Shown here: one piece after another, positions 26,130-37,600 of the stretch
Layout: every line of letters starts with the position of its first letter
How positions within the stretch are numbered: the stretch's first letter is position 1
IMG/VR virus record: IMGVR_UViG_3300031774_000001
Length of the DNA: 64,000 nt
Direction: 5' to 3' (one strand)
Source of the DNA: a virus
Position numbers and translations under genes: made by a program
The notes under the pieces: generated by a model
What the model saw: the letters and a program-made list of their open reading frames with translations, nothing else
Told to the model about the DNA's origin: nothing
Database searches by the model: none

Positions 26130-26639
26130 ATGGCACAAAACAACCAAGCATTTTTAGGCGATTATACTCCAGAAGTTAAAAGTTCTAGTAAAAGGCAATC
26201 TAGGAAGTTTAGAGATATAGATTTAAACTTTGATAGACATCCAGTTACTAATGATATTAATGTGGTTGAAGACGCAATAGCAATAAAAAGGTCTGTTAAA
26301 AACTTAATACAAACAAATTTCTATGAAAGACCTTTCCATCCAGAATTAGGATGTGGTATAAGAGAATTATTGTTTGAAAATTACTCACCAGTAATTTCAG
26401 TATATATCAAAAGAAAAATAGAAGAAGTTTTAAAAAATCACGAACCTAGAATAGATTTAACAGGTATTGTTATAAATGGAGATGATTTTGAAGGTGGAGA
26501 GGCTAGTGAAATAGTGGACGCTGGTAGATTAGCTTCTAATGATATAGACGGCAATAGATTACGTATAGATGTTTATTTTAATATCATAGGTACACCAAGT
26601 CCACAAACAGTTTCAATGAGTTTACAAAGGTTAAGATAA
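26130..26639 (+). CDS. g25: baseplate wedge gp25
   Basis: DIDLNF.RHPVTNDI, AIKRSVKNL..T..YERPF.P.LG, EPRI, LQRLR. Confidence 0.95.
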   Translation: MAQNNQAFLGDYTPEVKSSSKRQSRKFRDIDLNFDRHPVTNDINVVEDAIAIKRSVKNLIQTNFYERPFHPELGCGIRELLFENYSPVISVYIKRKIEEVLKNHEPRIDLTGIVINGDDFEGGEASEIVDAGRLASNDIDGNRLRIDVYFNIIGTPSPQTVSMSLQRLR

Positions 26640-26640
26640 A

Positions 26641-28494
26641 ATGGCACAACATAAATTAGAAGTATCAGAATTAGATTTTGATAAAATAAAAGTTAATCTA
26701 AAAACTTTCTTACAAAGTCAAACACAATTTCAAGATTATGATTTTGATGGTGCTGGTTTATCTATTTTATTAGATGTATTATCTTACAATACCCATTACT
26801 TGTCATACATTGCTAATATGTCAACTAATGAAATGTATTTGGATAGTGCTGATATTAGAAAAAATATTGTTTCATTAGCAAAGATGTTAGGATATACTCC
26901 TACATCTCCTAGAACACCAAGAGCAGTTATTGATGTTGTTGTTAACAACGCAACAGGTTCATCCGTAACTATGCAGAAGGGAACAGTTTTCACAACTACA
27001 GTTGATAAAACAGATTATCAATATGTAACTAATGCAGATACAACAATTTCACCAGTAAATGGAATTTATAAATTTGAAGATGTAACTGTTTATGAAGGAA
27101 CATTGGTTACATTTAAATATACTAATGATGTAAATGATAAAGACCAAAAATTTGTTATACCTAGTTCTTTTGCAGATACTTCAACTTTAAAAGTTACCGT
27201 TCAAAATAGTTCTACAGATACAACACAATCAGTTTATTCTTTAGCAGGTGGTTATAATAGTGTATCAAGTGATTCAAAAGTTTATTTTATACAAGAAGGT
27301 CAAGATGGTCAATACGAAATTTATTTTGGCGATGGTATTGTAGGTACTAAATTAGAAGACGGTAATATTGTTATATTAGAATACATTGTAACTAATACTT
27401 CAAGTTCAAATGGTGCTTCAAAATTTTCATTATCAGGAAACATTGGTGGATTTACAAATGTAACTATAACAACTGATTCTAATTCTCAAGGTGGTGCAAT
27501 TGCAGAAACAAATCAATCAATAAAATTTAATGCACCTTTACAATATGCAGCTCAAGATAGAGCAGTTACAGCAACTGATTATGAAACTTTAGTTAAATCA
27601 ATTTATCCAAATGCAAATTCAGTAAGTGCGTGGGGTGGTGAAGATGATGAAACTCCACAATACGGTGTTGTAAATATTTCAATTAAAGCAAAATCAGGAA
27701 CAGTATTATCAGATACATCAAAAGCAGATATTGTAACTCAATTAAAACCATATAACGTTGCTTCAGTAAGACCAGTTATAAAAGATCCAGAAACAACTTC
27801 TGTATTAATTGTTTCAAATGTTAAGTATGACGCAAAGGCAACAGCAAAAACTGCTGCTACTTTGAAAGCAGATATTATTGATAAGTTAACAACTTATAAT
27901 GCTTCTACTTTACAAAAGTTTGACGCAGTATTCAGATATTCAAAAGTTACAGGTTTGATTGATAGTGCTGATGATAGTATTTTATCAAACATTACAACTG
28001 TTAAAATTAGAAAAGATTTCCAACCATTAATTAGTACATCAGCAAAATATAATATCTATTTTAGAAATGCATTATATAATCCACACTCTGGACATATGGC
28101 AAGTACAGGTGGAATATTAAGTTCATCAGGATTTAAAATAGAAGGTAATGCTAACGAATGCTTTTTTGATGATGATGGCGCAGGAAATGTAAGATTATAT
28201 TATATGTCAAGTGGTGTAAAAAATTATTTAAATTCAACACAAGGTACAATTAATTATTCAACAGGTGCAATAACACTTAATTCAATGAACATTGCTAGTA
28301 TATCAAATATAGATGGTGTAGCTTCAACAGTAATAAGATTAACTGTAGTACCAAGTTCTAATGATGTTGTTCCAGTTAGAGACCAAATTGTTGAAATGGA
28401 TATTGCAAATTCAAATATAACAGTTACAGCTGATAGTTTTGTAGGAGGAAGTGCTGAGGCAGGTGTAGGATACACAACTACTTCCAGTTACTAA
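26641..28494 (+). CDS. g6: baseplate wedge gp6
   Basis: ELDFD.IK.NLK.FL, DYDFDG..LS.LLD.L.YNTHY, FGDG..G, AQDRAVTA.DYE, WGGE. Confidence 0.96.
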   Translation: MAQHKLEVSELDFDKIKVNLKTFLQSQTQFQDYDFDGAGLSILLDVLSYNTHYLSYIANMSTNEMYLDSADIRKNIVSLAKMLGYTPTSPRTPRAVIDVVVNNATGSSVTMQKGTVFTTTVDKTDYQYVTNADTTISPVNGIYKFEDVTVYEGTLVTFKYTNDVNDKDQKFVIPSSFADTSTLKVTVQNSSTDTTQSVYSLAGGYNSVSSDSKVYFIQEGQDGQYEIYFGDGIVGTKLEDGNIVILEYIVTNTSSSNGASKFSLSGNIGGFTNVTITTDSNSQGGAIAETNQSIKFNAPLQYAAQDRAVTATDYETLVKSIYPNANSVSAWGGEDDETPQYGVVNISIKAKSGTVLSDTSKADIVTQLKPYNVASVRPVIKDPETTSVLIVSNVKYDAKATAKTAATLKADIIDKLTTYNASTLQKFDAVFRYSKVTGLIDSADDSILSNITTVKIRKDFQPLISTSAKYNIYFRNALYNPHSGHMASTGGILSSSGFKIEGNANECFFDDDGAGNVRLYYMSSGVKNYLNSTQGTINYSTGAITLNSMNIASISNIDGVASTVIRLTVVPSSNDVVPVRDQIVEMDIANSNITVTADSFVGGSAEAGVGYTTTSSY

Positions 28495-28500
28495 TGAATA

Positions 28501-31077
28501 ATGGCAAAGTTTAATGATAAGATTTCAACAATACTTTCGGGACAACTACCTGAATTTATAGTTAGTGAACATCCAAAGTTTGCAGAATTTCTTAAAGTCT
28601 ATTACCAATTACTAGAGTCCGCTGAGTTATCAGTAACTTCTGTTAAATCAACAGAAGGTATCTTACTAGAAACAGAAACAAATCAAGCAAATAATTTAGT
28701 ACTAAACGCAAGTGCTTTAGGTAGTGCAAGAACATCACTAGACGCAGGCGATAAAATTATTTTTGAAACTTATTCTGGTACTGAATATGGAAAATTTGAA
28801 AGAGGTGAAACAGTTACAGGACAAACTTCTAATGCAACTGCTGTTTTATTAGCAGAAGATTTAGATAATGGACGTTTATTCATAAGTGCAAACAGTTCAT
28901 TTATAACTGGTGAAATAGTTGTAGGTGCTACCACAAATGCATATGCAACAATAGATAATTATAAACCTAATCCTGTAAATAATATTGCTGACCTAGTTAA
29001 CTTTAGAGACCCAGACGGAGTAATTAGTAATTTCTTATCAAATTTTAGAGATGAATTTCTTGCAACACTACCAGATAAATTAGCAAACAATGTTAATAAA
29101 AGAAGTCTTATAAAAAATATTAAATCTCTTTATCGTTCTAAAGGAACAAATAGAGGTCACGAAATATTTTTTAGAGTATTATTTAATGAAGAATCACAAA
29201 CATTTTATCCTAGAGAACAATTATTAAGAGTATCAGATGGTAAGTATGATACATTAAAAGTTTTAAGAGCAATTGGTGATAGTGGCGATACAGCACAATT
29301 AGTAGGAAGAACAATATCAGGTTCAACTAGTAATGCCTATGCAATTATTGAAAATGTTAATAAGTATCAAGTAGGTGCAGATACAGTTACAGAATTTATT
29401 TTAAATAATGATTCTATTCAAGGCATATTTCAAATTGGTGAACAAATAGTAGGAACTGCTTCAGATGAAGACAATTTTTATATTAGAGCAACTGTAACAG
29501 GAATACCAGGAACAAAAATAATTTCAAATGATGGAACATTAAATGAAACTGATGATACAATTAAAGTTGTTGCAGGTGGTATAGGTGCTATATTTAATAT
29601 TGATGAAATCGGTTCAGGTGCATTAACAGAAATTGTAATTACAAATAAAGGCGCAAACTATTCAGTTGGAGATGAATTAGTATTTGATAATAGTGGAACA
29701 AATGGAAAAGACGCCGCTGGATTTATAAGAGTTATTAATGGTGGTATTGCCGCTGAAGATTCTGACCAAATAGTTTTAGAAGATGGTACTAATGCAGGTG
29801 ACCAATATTTTGGTAATAGTATTATGCAAGAGAAAGATACAGGCAATGGAACAATTGAAAAAATATTTTTAACTTATGGTGGTACAGGATATACTTCTTT
29901 ACCTACCGTATCTATAACAACATCAACTGGTTCAACTGGAACTGTAAATGCGTGGGGTGATGAGATTGGAAGAATTACTAAATTAAAAACAGTTGAATTA
30001 GGAAAAAAATATCAAGACGCTCCAAGTCCTCCAACATTAGCATTTTATAATAGTGCTATATTATCAGGTGCAACAGGAAACTTTACAATAGGTTCATCTT
30101 GTACAACATCTAGTGGACAAGGAACAATTACTGGTTATAATTCTAATACAAATGTATTAAGAATAAAAGATATTACAGGTACATTTACAGAAGGTCAAGT
30201 ATTATCAGCAGATTCAGGTGGTACAGGAACTATTGCAAAAAATGATCCTGCAACAGCAACAGTTAATGTAGTTTCAGTTGCAGATACAGATGGACAGTTT
30301 ATTAATGAAGATGGTAAACTTTCTGAAACTACAATGAAGATACAAGATAGTAAATACTTTCAAGATTTTTCTTATGTATTGAAAGTTGCTAGTTCTATTG
30401 CAGTATGGCGGGATGCATTTAAAAAGACAATGCATACAGCAGGATTTTATTTTACAGGTCAAGTAGATATTACAAATAGAGTAGACGCAAGAGGATCATT
30501 ACCTATGGTTGGTGCTGTTTCTGGTAGAAGTGAAGTTGAAATACCATTAATTGCAATTCTTAATACTTTATTCTCGGTTATATTTGGTAGAAGATTAGGA
30601 ACAATAGATGATGGAACATCTTTAAGAGCAAATGCTCTTGAATCAGGAACAATTGATATGGACCCACAAACAAGTGAACATTTTGCTCCTAATCAAAGAG
30701 ATATAACTTTAAGTAGAGCTGGAATAGATTATACTTATTTAAGTAGAAAAAGGTCATCAATAGGTGGTCAAGTTGTTAAAGCTGGTCACATATATGGTGG
30801 ACCACGTTGGGGAACACTTAACAAATACGCAACTACTATATTTGCAAATGATCCAGGATATACATTTAAAACATTAAATGAATTAAAAGTATTTGGTACA
30901 AGGACTAGTTTAGACGGACAAAGTGGAATATTCTTAATGTCTTCTGACCCTAATGGTAAGGGTGTTAAGATGGCAACTGCTTTTCCTTCAGTAATTACAT
31001 TTAACCAAAATGACTTTAGTAATACAGTTGTTACTTGGTCTGATACTATGCCATTATTTGATGATACAACACCGTAA
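28501..31077 (+). CDS. g7: baseplate wedge initiator gp7
   Basis: QLPEF...HPKF.EFLK.YY, LIKNIK.LY.SKGT, IQDS.YFQDFSY..K, H.AG. Confidence 0.88.
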   Translation: MAKFNDKISTILSGQLPEFIVSEHPKFAEFLKVYYQLLESAELSVTSVKSTEGILLETETNQANNLVLNASALGSARTSLDAGDKIIFETYSGTEYGKFERGETVTGQTSNATAVLLAEDLDNGRLFISANSSFITGEIVVGATTNAYATIDNYKPNPVNNIADLVNFRDPDGVISNFLSNFRDEFLATLPDKLANNVNKRSLIKNIKSLYRSKGTNRGHEIFFRVLFNEESQTFYPREQLLRVSDGKYDTLKVLRAIGDSGDTAQLVGRTISGSTSNAYAIIENVNKYQVGADTVTEFILNNDSIQGIFQIGEQIVGTASDEDNFYIRATVTGIPGTKIISNDGTLNETDDTIKVVAGGIGAIFNIDEIGSGALTEIVITNKGANYSVGDELVFDNSGTNGKDAAGFIRVINGGIAAEDSDQIVLEDGTNAGDQYFGNSIMQEKDTGNGTIEKIFLTYGGTGYTSLPTVSITTSTGSTGTVNAWGDEIGRITKLKTVELGKKYQDAPSPPTLAFYNSAILSGATGNFTIGSSCTTSSGQGTITGYNSNTNVLRIKDITGTFTEGQVLSADSGGTGTIAKNDPATATVNVVSVADTDGQFINEDGKLSETTMKIQDSKYFQDFSYVLKVASSIAVWRDAFKKTMHTAGFYFTGQVDITNRVDARGSLPMVGAVSGRSEVEIPLIAILNTLFSVIFGRRLGTIDDGTSLRANALESGTIDMDPQTSEHFAPNQRDITLSRAGIDYTYLSRKRSSIGGQVVKAGHIYGGPRWGTLNKYATTIFANDPGYTFKTLNELKVFGTRTSLDGQSGIFLMSSDPNGKGVKMATAFPSVITFNQNDFSNTVVTWSDTMPLFDDTTP

Positions 31078-31112
31078 AACATTATAAATAGTAAAGTAAT
31101 TTAAAGGAAGAA

Positions 31113-33116
31113 ATGGCTAAACAATCAATATTTTTAGGAACAGTCGCCAATGACGGAACAGGTACTAACCTGCGTGGTGGTGGTAGTATCATAAATCAAA
31201 ATTTTGATGAAATATATACTAATTTAGGGGATGGTAGTAATCTACAAGGATTTATTACTATTGAAGATACTAGTTCTACAACGGATCAAGTAAATCTTGG
31301 TCAAAAAATACAGTTTATTGGTGCAAATGGTATTACAACAACCGTTGGTAGTAATGAAGTTCAAATAGCAATAGACGGTACAGTTCTTACAGAAACATCA
31401 ACAGATACACTAACAAATAAAAACATTGCTTTAGGTACTAATATAATTTCAGGAACATTATCAGATTTTAATACAGCAGTTTCAGACGCTAATTTAGTTT
31501 CAATTGCTGGAACAGAAACCCTTACAAACAAGACATTAACAAGTCCAGTTATTAACACACCAACAGGTGATGTTGCAACTAAAGACGGAACACAAACCCT
31601 TACAAATAAAACTTTAACAAGTCCAGTTATTAACACACCAACAGGTGATGTTGCAACTATAACTGGAACTCAAATTCTTTCTAATAAAACAATAGATACT
31701 GGATCAAACTCAATTACAGGTACGTTATTTACTTTTGCTGATGATACATCATCAACTAATACTATAGTACAAGGAGATACTTTAAAATTTTCTGGTGGTA
31801 CTGGTATACAAACAACTTTAAGTGGAGATTTAATTGAAATTAAAGCTTCAGGAATTACAACTACAGAAATAGACGCTAATGCTGGAATTGTAAATACACA
31901 ATTAGCAAACAATTCAGTTACTATTGGTTATACAGCAATTGAATTAGGAACAAGTGCAACGCAAGTAAGTGGATTATCAATAACTGGTTCTGCTTACATA
32001 ACAATTAACGGACAAGGATCAGCAATAAGATTTAATCATCCTAACCTTGCTAGTTTTCCTACAGCTGCAACTTATTCAGGTACACCTGCTTTAGATGAAG
32101 CAACACTTAAACCTTATATCGCAACAGCGTCAGGTTGGGTAAATTTATTAACAGAAAATGATCCTGTTGAAAGACACTCAAATGTTAATACAACAGGAAT
32201 TTCAGATGGACAAGGACTTGTTTGGAATGCTTCAACAACAAGATTTGAAGCAGGTTCACTTGGTGGAACAATTGGTAGATACGAAGACGCTTCAGCAAGA
32301 TTTGCAGTAACTTATAATAGTTCAACTTCATATAGATTTACTTCACACTATGGAACAACTGATAATCCAACACTTTATATAAAACAAGGTACAACTTTTG
32401 CTTTTGATTTATCTGCTTTAGCAGGATCACATCCTTTTGCTATACAAACTTCAAGTGGTGCTTACAATTCAGCAAATAGAATTGAAACAGGATTAACACA
32501 CGTTGCTACAGATGGAACAGTTACAACAGGATTAAATGCTCAAGGTAAAACAAGTGGTGTATTATACTTTGATGTACCAATAAACCAATCTGGACCTATA
32601 TATTACGTATGTACTGCTCATTCAAGTATGGCAGGTACAATAGAAGTTAATACAAAAGGATCAGGAAAAGTTTTACAACAAGTTAATACTCAAACAGGTG
32701 CTGTTAATTCAGGAACAACAATATTTCCAGAAGACGACACAATTCCTCAAAATACTGAAGGAGATGAGTATATGACTTTAGCAATAACTCCTAAATCTGC
32801 TACAAGTACATTAATGATTGAAGCACATATATTCTATTCACAATCAGCAGGTACTAGAGGTGGTGCAGGATTATTTAAAGATTCAGACGCAGACGCATTA
32901 TCATTTACATCTAATTTTATAAAAGACGCAACCAGTATGGGTAATATGCAAGTGTTTTATTCAGAAACAACAGGTAATACTACTGCTAGAACATATAAGA
33001 TAAGATGTGGTAATATACAAAATGCAGGTACTTTTACCTTTAACGGTCAAGCAGGTTCAAGAAAGTTTGGTGGAACAGTTTTAAGTACAATTAGAATTTT
33101 GGAAATAGAAGCGTAG
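31113..33116 (+). CDS. baseplate/fibre protein (gp9/gp10-like N-terminus, TLTNKT repeats, cupredoxin-like domain)
   Basis: MAKQ.I..GT.ANDGTG..LR.GG..IN.NF.EIY; late promoter at 31083. Confidence 0.8.
   Translation: MAKQSIFLGTVANDGTGTNLRGGGSIINQNFDEIYTNLGDGSNLQGFITIEDTSSTTDQVNLGQKIQFIGANGITTTVGSNEVQIAIDGTVLTETSTDTLTNKNIALGTNIISGTLSDFNTAVSDANLVSIAGTETLTNKTLTSPVINTPTGDVATKDGTQTLTNKTLTSPVINTPTGDVATITGTQILSNKTIDTGSNSITGTLFTFADDTSSTNTIVQGDTLKFSGGTGIQTTLSGDLIEIKASGITTTEIDANAGIVNTQLANNSVTIGYTAIELGTSATQVSGLSITGSAYITINGQGSAIRFNHPNLASFPTAATYSGTPALDEATLKPYIATASGWVNLLTENDPVERHSNVNTTGISDGQGLVWNASTTRFEAGSLGGTIGRYEDASARFAVTYNSSTSYRFTSHYGTTDNPTLYIKQGTTFAFDLSALAGSHPFAIQTSSGAYNSANRIETGLTHVATDGTVTTGLNAQGKTSGVLYFDVPINQSGPIYYVCTAHSSMAGTIEVNTKGSGKVLQQVNTQTGAVNSGTTIFPEDDTIPQNTEGDEYMTLAITPKSATSTLMIEAHIFYSQSAGTRGGAGLFKDSDADALSFTSNFIKDATSMGNMQVFYSETTGNTTARTYKIRCGNIQNAGTFTFNGQAGSRKFGGTVLSTIRILEIEA
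31509..31658 (+). repeat. 78-bp in-frame tandem duplication
   Basis: GT(E/Q)TLTNKTLTSPVINTPTGDVAT twice, nearly identical at DNA level. Confidence 0.9.
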
Positions 33117-33150
33117 AATAACTTGTATAAATATAGATAAAGGAAAATAA

Positions 33151-34611
33151 ATGCCAGCGATTATAACAAATAAATTCAGAATACATAACTCGGAACAGTT
33201 CCAAGAAGCGTTTTCTGAAGCTTCAGGAAATACTTTCTATTTAGGAATAGGAAGACCTCAAGGATTTACTACTTCAACAAGAGGAGATGGTAGAACAAAT
33301 AATGAGGGTACAGACTTATTACCTGTGACTCCTGCAGACAATGAAAACACACAAAATTTTATATTTGATAGTATGTTGGCTTGTAAAAAAATTGCAAGTA
33401 CAAATGCTGGATTTGTAATTCCTAGAAGAAATTGGGTAACTTCTACTGTATATGATTATTACAGACACGATTTAGGAGAATATGTAACTGGTGGAACAAC
33501 AGCACAAACTTCAACAAGTGGCGCTGCTACTTTATATGACGCAACTTTCTATGTTTTAACTACAGCAAGAAACGTATATAAATGTTTAGATAATAATAAC
33601 GGTGCAGTTTCAACTGTAGAACCTACAGGAACATCAACAACAATATTAACAACTGCTGACGGATACAAGTGGAAATATATGTACACTTTAACTGCCGCTC
33701 AACAAGCAGATTTCTTATCTGTAGATTTTATGGCAGTTGCTACAAACGCAACAGTAAGTGCTGCCGCTGTAGATGGTGCAATTAACATAGTTAAAATTAA
33801 AACAGCAGGTTCTGCTGGTACAGACGGAACACACGCAGGTGTTCCAATACGAGGAGATGGATCAGGTGGTATATGTTCAGTAACTATAACTTCAGGTGCA
33901 GTTACAGGTGTAACCGTAACTACTCCAGGAACAAATTATACTTTTGCGTATATTAAACTTACAGATATAAATTCTGCTGGTGGTGGTTCATTAATTAGTA
34001 CAGAATTAGATGTAATGATTGAACCAAAAGGTGGACACGGATTTAATGCAGTACAAGAGTTAGGTGGATTTTTTGTTATGTTAAATACAAGTTTAGAAGG
34101 AACTGAATCAGCAAATTCAGGTGACGTAACTGTTGCAAACGATTTTAGACAAGTTAGTTTGATAAGAGACCCAAAAGCAAGTGGAGTTGCCGCTACTTCT
34201 AATACTTTAAGAGCAACAAAAGCAGTTGTTGGTTCTGGAAATACAGGAACATTTTCTGTTGATGAAAAAATTACACAAGCAAGCACAGGTGCAGTTGGAA
34301 AAGTTGTAGAGTGGGATCCATCAAATAAAATATTATATTATATTCAAACAAGACACAATGATGAGGGAGTAGATAGCAACGGTAATCAAACAGCGTTTAG
34401 TGGTACAAATATTATCACAGGTGCAGATACATCAGCGACTTTAACACCTGATACAACAACAGGTACAGTTAATAGCCAAACATTTGTAAGTGGATATTCT
34501 AGTTCAGAAATAGACCACGGTTCTGGTGAAATAGTTTATGTAGAAAATAGAGCACCAATAACAAGAGCTGCGGATCAGACCGAGAATATCAAACTGATTA
34601 TAGAATTTTAG
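33151..34611 (+). CDS. g8: baseplate wedge gp8
   Basis: MPAIITNKFRI.N, YLGIGRPQ, VIPRRNW, VYKCLDN, DGYKWKYMY, SGEIVYVENR.PI.R..DQTENIKLIIEF; late promoter at 33126. Confidence 0.95.
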   Translation: MPAIITNKFRIHNSEQFQEAFSEASGNTFYLGIGRPQGFTTSTRGDGRTNNEGTDLLPVTPADNENTQNFIFDSMLACKKIASTNAGFVIPRRNWVTSTVYDYYRHDLGEYVTGGTTAQTSTSGAATLYDATFYVLTTARNVYKCLDNNNGAVSTVEPTGTSTTILTTADGYKWKYMYTLTAAQQADFLSVDFMAVATNATVSAAAVDGAINIVKIKTAGSAGTDGTHAGVPIRGDGSGGICSVTITSGAVTGVTVTTPGTNYTFAYIKLTDINSAGGGSLISTELDVMIEPKGGHGFNAVQELGGFFVMLNTSLEGTESANSGDVTVANDFRQVSLIRDPKASGVAATSNTLRATKAVVGSGNTGTFSVDEKITQASTGAVGKVVEWDPSNKILYYIQTRHNDEGVDSNGNQTAFSGTNIITGADTSATLTPDTTTGTVNSQTFVSGYSSSEIDHGSGEIVYVENRAPITRAADQTENIKLIIEF

Positions 34612-34620
34612 GAGAGATAA

Positions 34621-37600
34621 ATGCCAAGTCCAACAGATTTTAATTTATCGCCCTATTATGATGACTTTAATGAAAGTAAAAAATTTCATAGAGTTTTATT
34701 CAGACCAGCATTTGCTGTACAGGCGAGAGAATTAACACAAGCACAAACTCAAATACAAAATCAAGTAGAGAGAGTATCAGACCATCTATTTGAAAAAGGT
34801 GCTATGGTTATACCTGGAGAAATAGGGTATGACTTAAATTACCATTCAGTAAAACTTTCAGCAAAATCAAACGCAACATTATCAGATTATAATGGATTAG
34901 AAATAACAGGTGCAACTTCAGGCATTGTTGCAAAAGTTGTAGGTGTTGCAGTTGCAGATGGTACTGATCCAGATACTTTATTTGTAAAATATACAAAAAC
35001 AGGAACAGATAATACTGCTACACAATTCACAGCTACAGAAACTTTAGATTGTACAATTAATAGTTTAGCTGCTACAGCAACTGTTGATTCAGTTCATACA
35101 GGTTGCGCTGCCGAAGTTCAAAAAGGTGTTTATTACATTAATGGATATCACGTTGAAGTTTCACAACAAACAGTAATACTTGACAAATATACAAACACAC
35201 CTTCATATAGAGTTGGTTTATTAGTTACAGAATCTTTTGTAACTCCAAATGAAGACGCAAGTTTAAATGATAATGCTCAAGGATCATCAAATCAAAATGC
35301 TCCAGGTGCTCATAGATTTAAAATTCTTTTAACATTAACTAAATTATCTTTAGCTTCAACAGCAGACGCAAACTTTGTAGAGTTGTTAAGATTAAAAAAA
35401 GGTATAATTCAAAATCAAGTTAGAACAACAGAATACGCTGTAATAGAAGATACTTTTGCTCGTAGAACATATGATGAATCTGGTGATTATGCATTAAGAG
35501 ATTTTGATTTAGATTTAAGAGAACATTTACTATCAGGAGATAATAGAGGTATTTACGCTTCAGTTGATGGTGGAAACGCAGATAAAATTGCCGCTGGTAT
35601 GGGACCAGGTAAGGCGTATGTTCGTGGTTATGAATTAGAAACAATAGGTACAACTTTTATTGATATTGATAAGACAAGAGATTTTGAAACAGAAAATAAT
35701 TTTAAAACAAGATTTAATCTAGGTAATTACTTTAACGTAAATAACGTTTATGGTTCGCCAGATGTTGGTTTCGTTTCAGGTGATTCAGAATCATTTAAAA
35801 ATGTAACCTTATTTGATACAGCAACTGCTGCTAGAGGTACTCCTAATGTTGGTGCTGACTCAAGTATTAATTCAATAGGAAGAGCAAAATCAAGAGGGAT
35901 GGAATATTCTTCTGGTACTGCTACAAATAATGTATTTTCAAGAAATACTTTAACAAGTGCTGTTTATAAACATTATCTATTTGATATAGAAATGTTTACT
36001 CATTTAAATATTTTAGAAGCAACATCATTTACTACTGGAGAAAAAATAACAGGTAGTACTTCAGGTGCTACTGCTACACTTCAAGGAATTTCTACAGCAG
36101 AAACAGTTACTATTAATAATATAACTCAAGCAAATCCTGGTGAAGTTCAAATTGCTAGCACACACGAATTACAAGACGGACAACAAATTACTATTGCAGG
36201 TGTAACTGGTTTAGCAATTGATTCAGTTGTAACTGCTGGTGGAACATTTACAGTTAGAGATAGAGATAGTGCAAATTGGAAATTATATCAAGCAGATGGA
36301 ACAACTCCTGCTAATGTAACCACTCCAGGTTCAGGTGGTACGGCAACTCACGGAGTTGTAGTACTTTCAAATGTACAAGGTGACTTTGTTGCAGGTGAAA
36401 CAATCACAGGTGGAACATCAGGTAATACAGCAACTGTACAAGCAAATACAATAGGAAGAAAAGGCGTAAGAAATTTTGGACCAAGTGATGTTAAACAAAT
36501 TGCAATGGCAGGTTCTCCTACCTATACTTCAGATGTAAAAACAACAGATGTAACTTTAACTGGAACAGTATCTAATACTAGTGGTCAATATTCATTTACA
36601 GGATTTGGTACAAGATTTACAGATGAATTAAAAATTGGCGATAAAATTACAGTTACAACAGATAATAATTTACAAGAAACAAAAATTGTAAGTTATATTG
36701 TTAGTGATACACTTATGTTCACAACAGACGCTTCTGGTGCAAGTATGACTAAATCATCTATCACTAGAGGACGTGGTACAATAAATGACGCAAACAAAAA
36801 TATTTCTATATTTGAAATGCCAAATGAAACTGTTAAGACTTTAAAAACGCAAGTTAATTCAGGAATTACAGATACAAACTTTAAAATACGAAGAGCATTT
36901 ACATCAACATTAGGATCAAATGGTGACGCAACTATAACAGCAGGAACAAATGAAACATTTAGTGGATTAGTAGAAAAAGATTTTACTGTTTCTATTATGA
37001 CAATGGGTGCAGGTGCAGGAGGTGAAGTTGGTGCCGTATTAAGTTTAACTGGTACTAACCATTTAGCAGGTGATATATTTACATTAGGTGGTTCTCCAAC
37101 TGGTAAAACTTTAACATTAAATTTTGGTACTGACTATGCAGGTCATAAAGTAAAAATTTTAGCAACAGTTAATAGAGGAGTTGCAGGTTCTAAATCTAAA
37201 ACTTTAAATTCTTCTCAAACAGTACAAATTTCTACACAAGCAATTATTGAATCTGGTATATGTGGATTAGGTAGAGCAGATGTTTATGCTGTAGCTAGTG
37301 TTCATATGGCTGCTGACTTTACTACAAATGCAACGACAAGTGATACAGATATTACAAATAGATTTAATGTAGATTCAGGACAAAGAGATAACTTCTATGA
37401 TATTGGAAGAATTAAATTAAAAAATGGTGCATTAACACCTACAGGAAGATTACTAGTTACGTTTAGTTATTTCTCACACGGTTCAGGAGATTACTTTGAT
37501 GTAGACTCTTATTCAGGTGTTGTAGATTACGCAGACATACCAAGTTATTCTTCTGATACAACAGGAAAGAAATTTGAATTAAGAGATTGTTTAGATTTCA

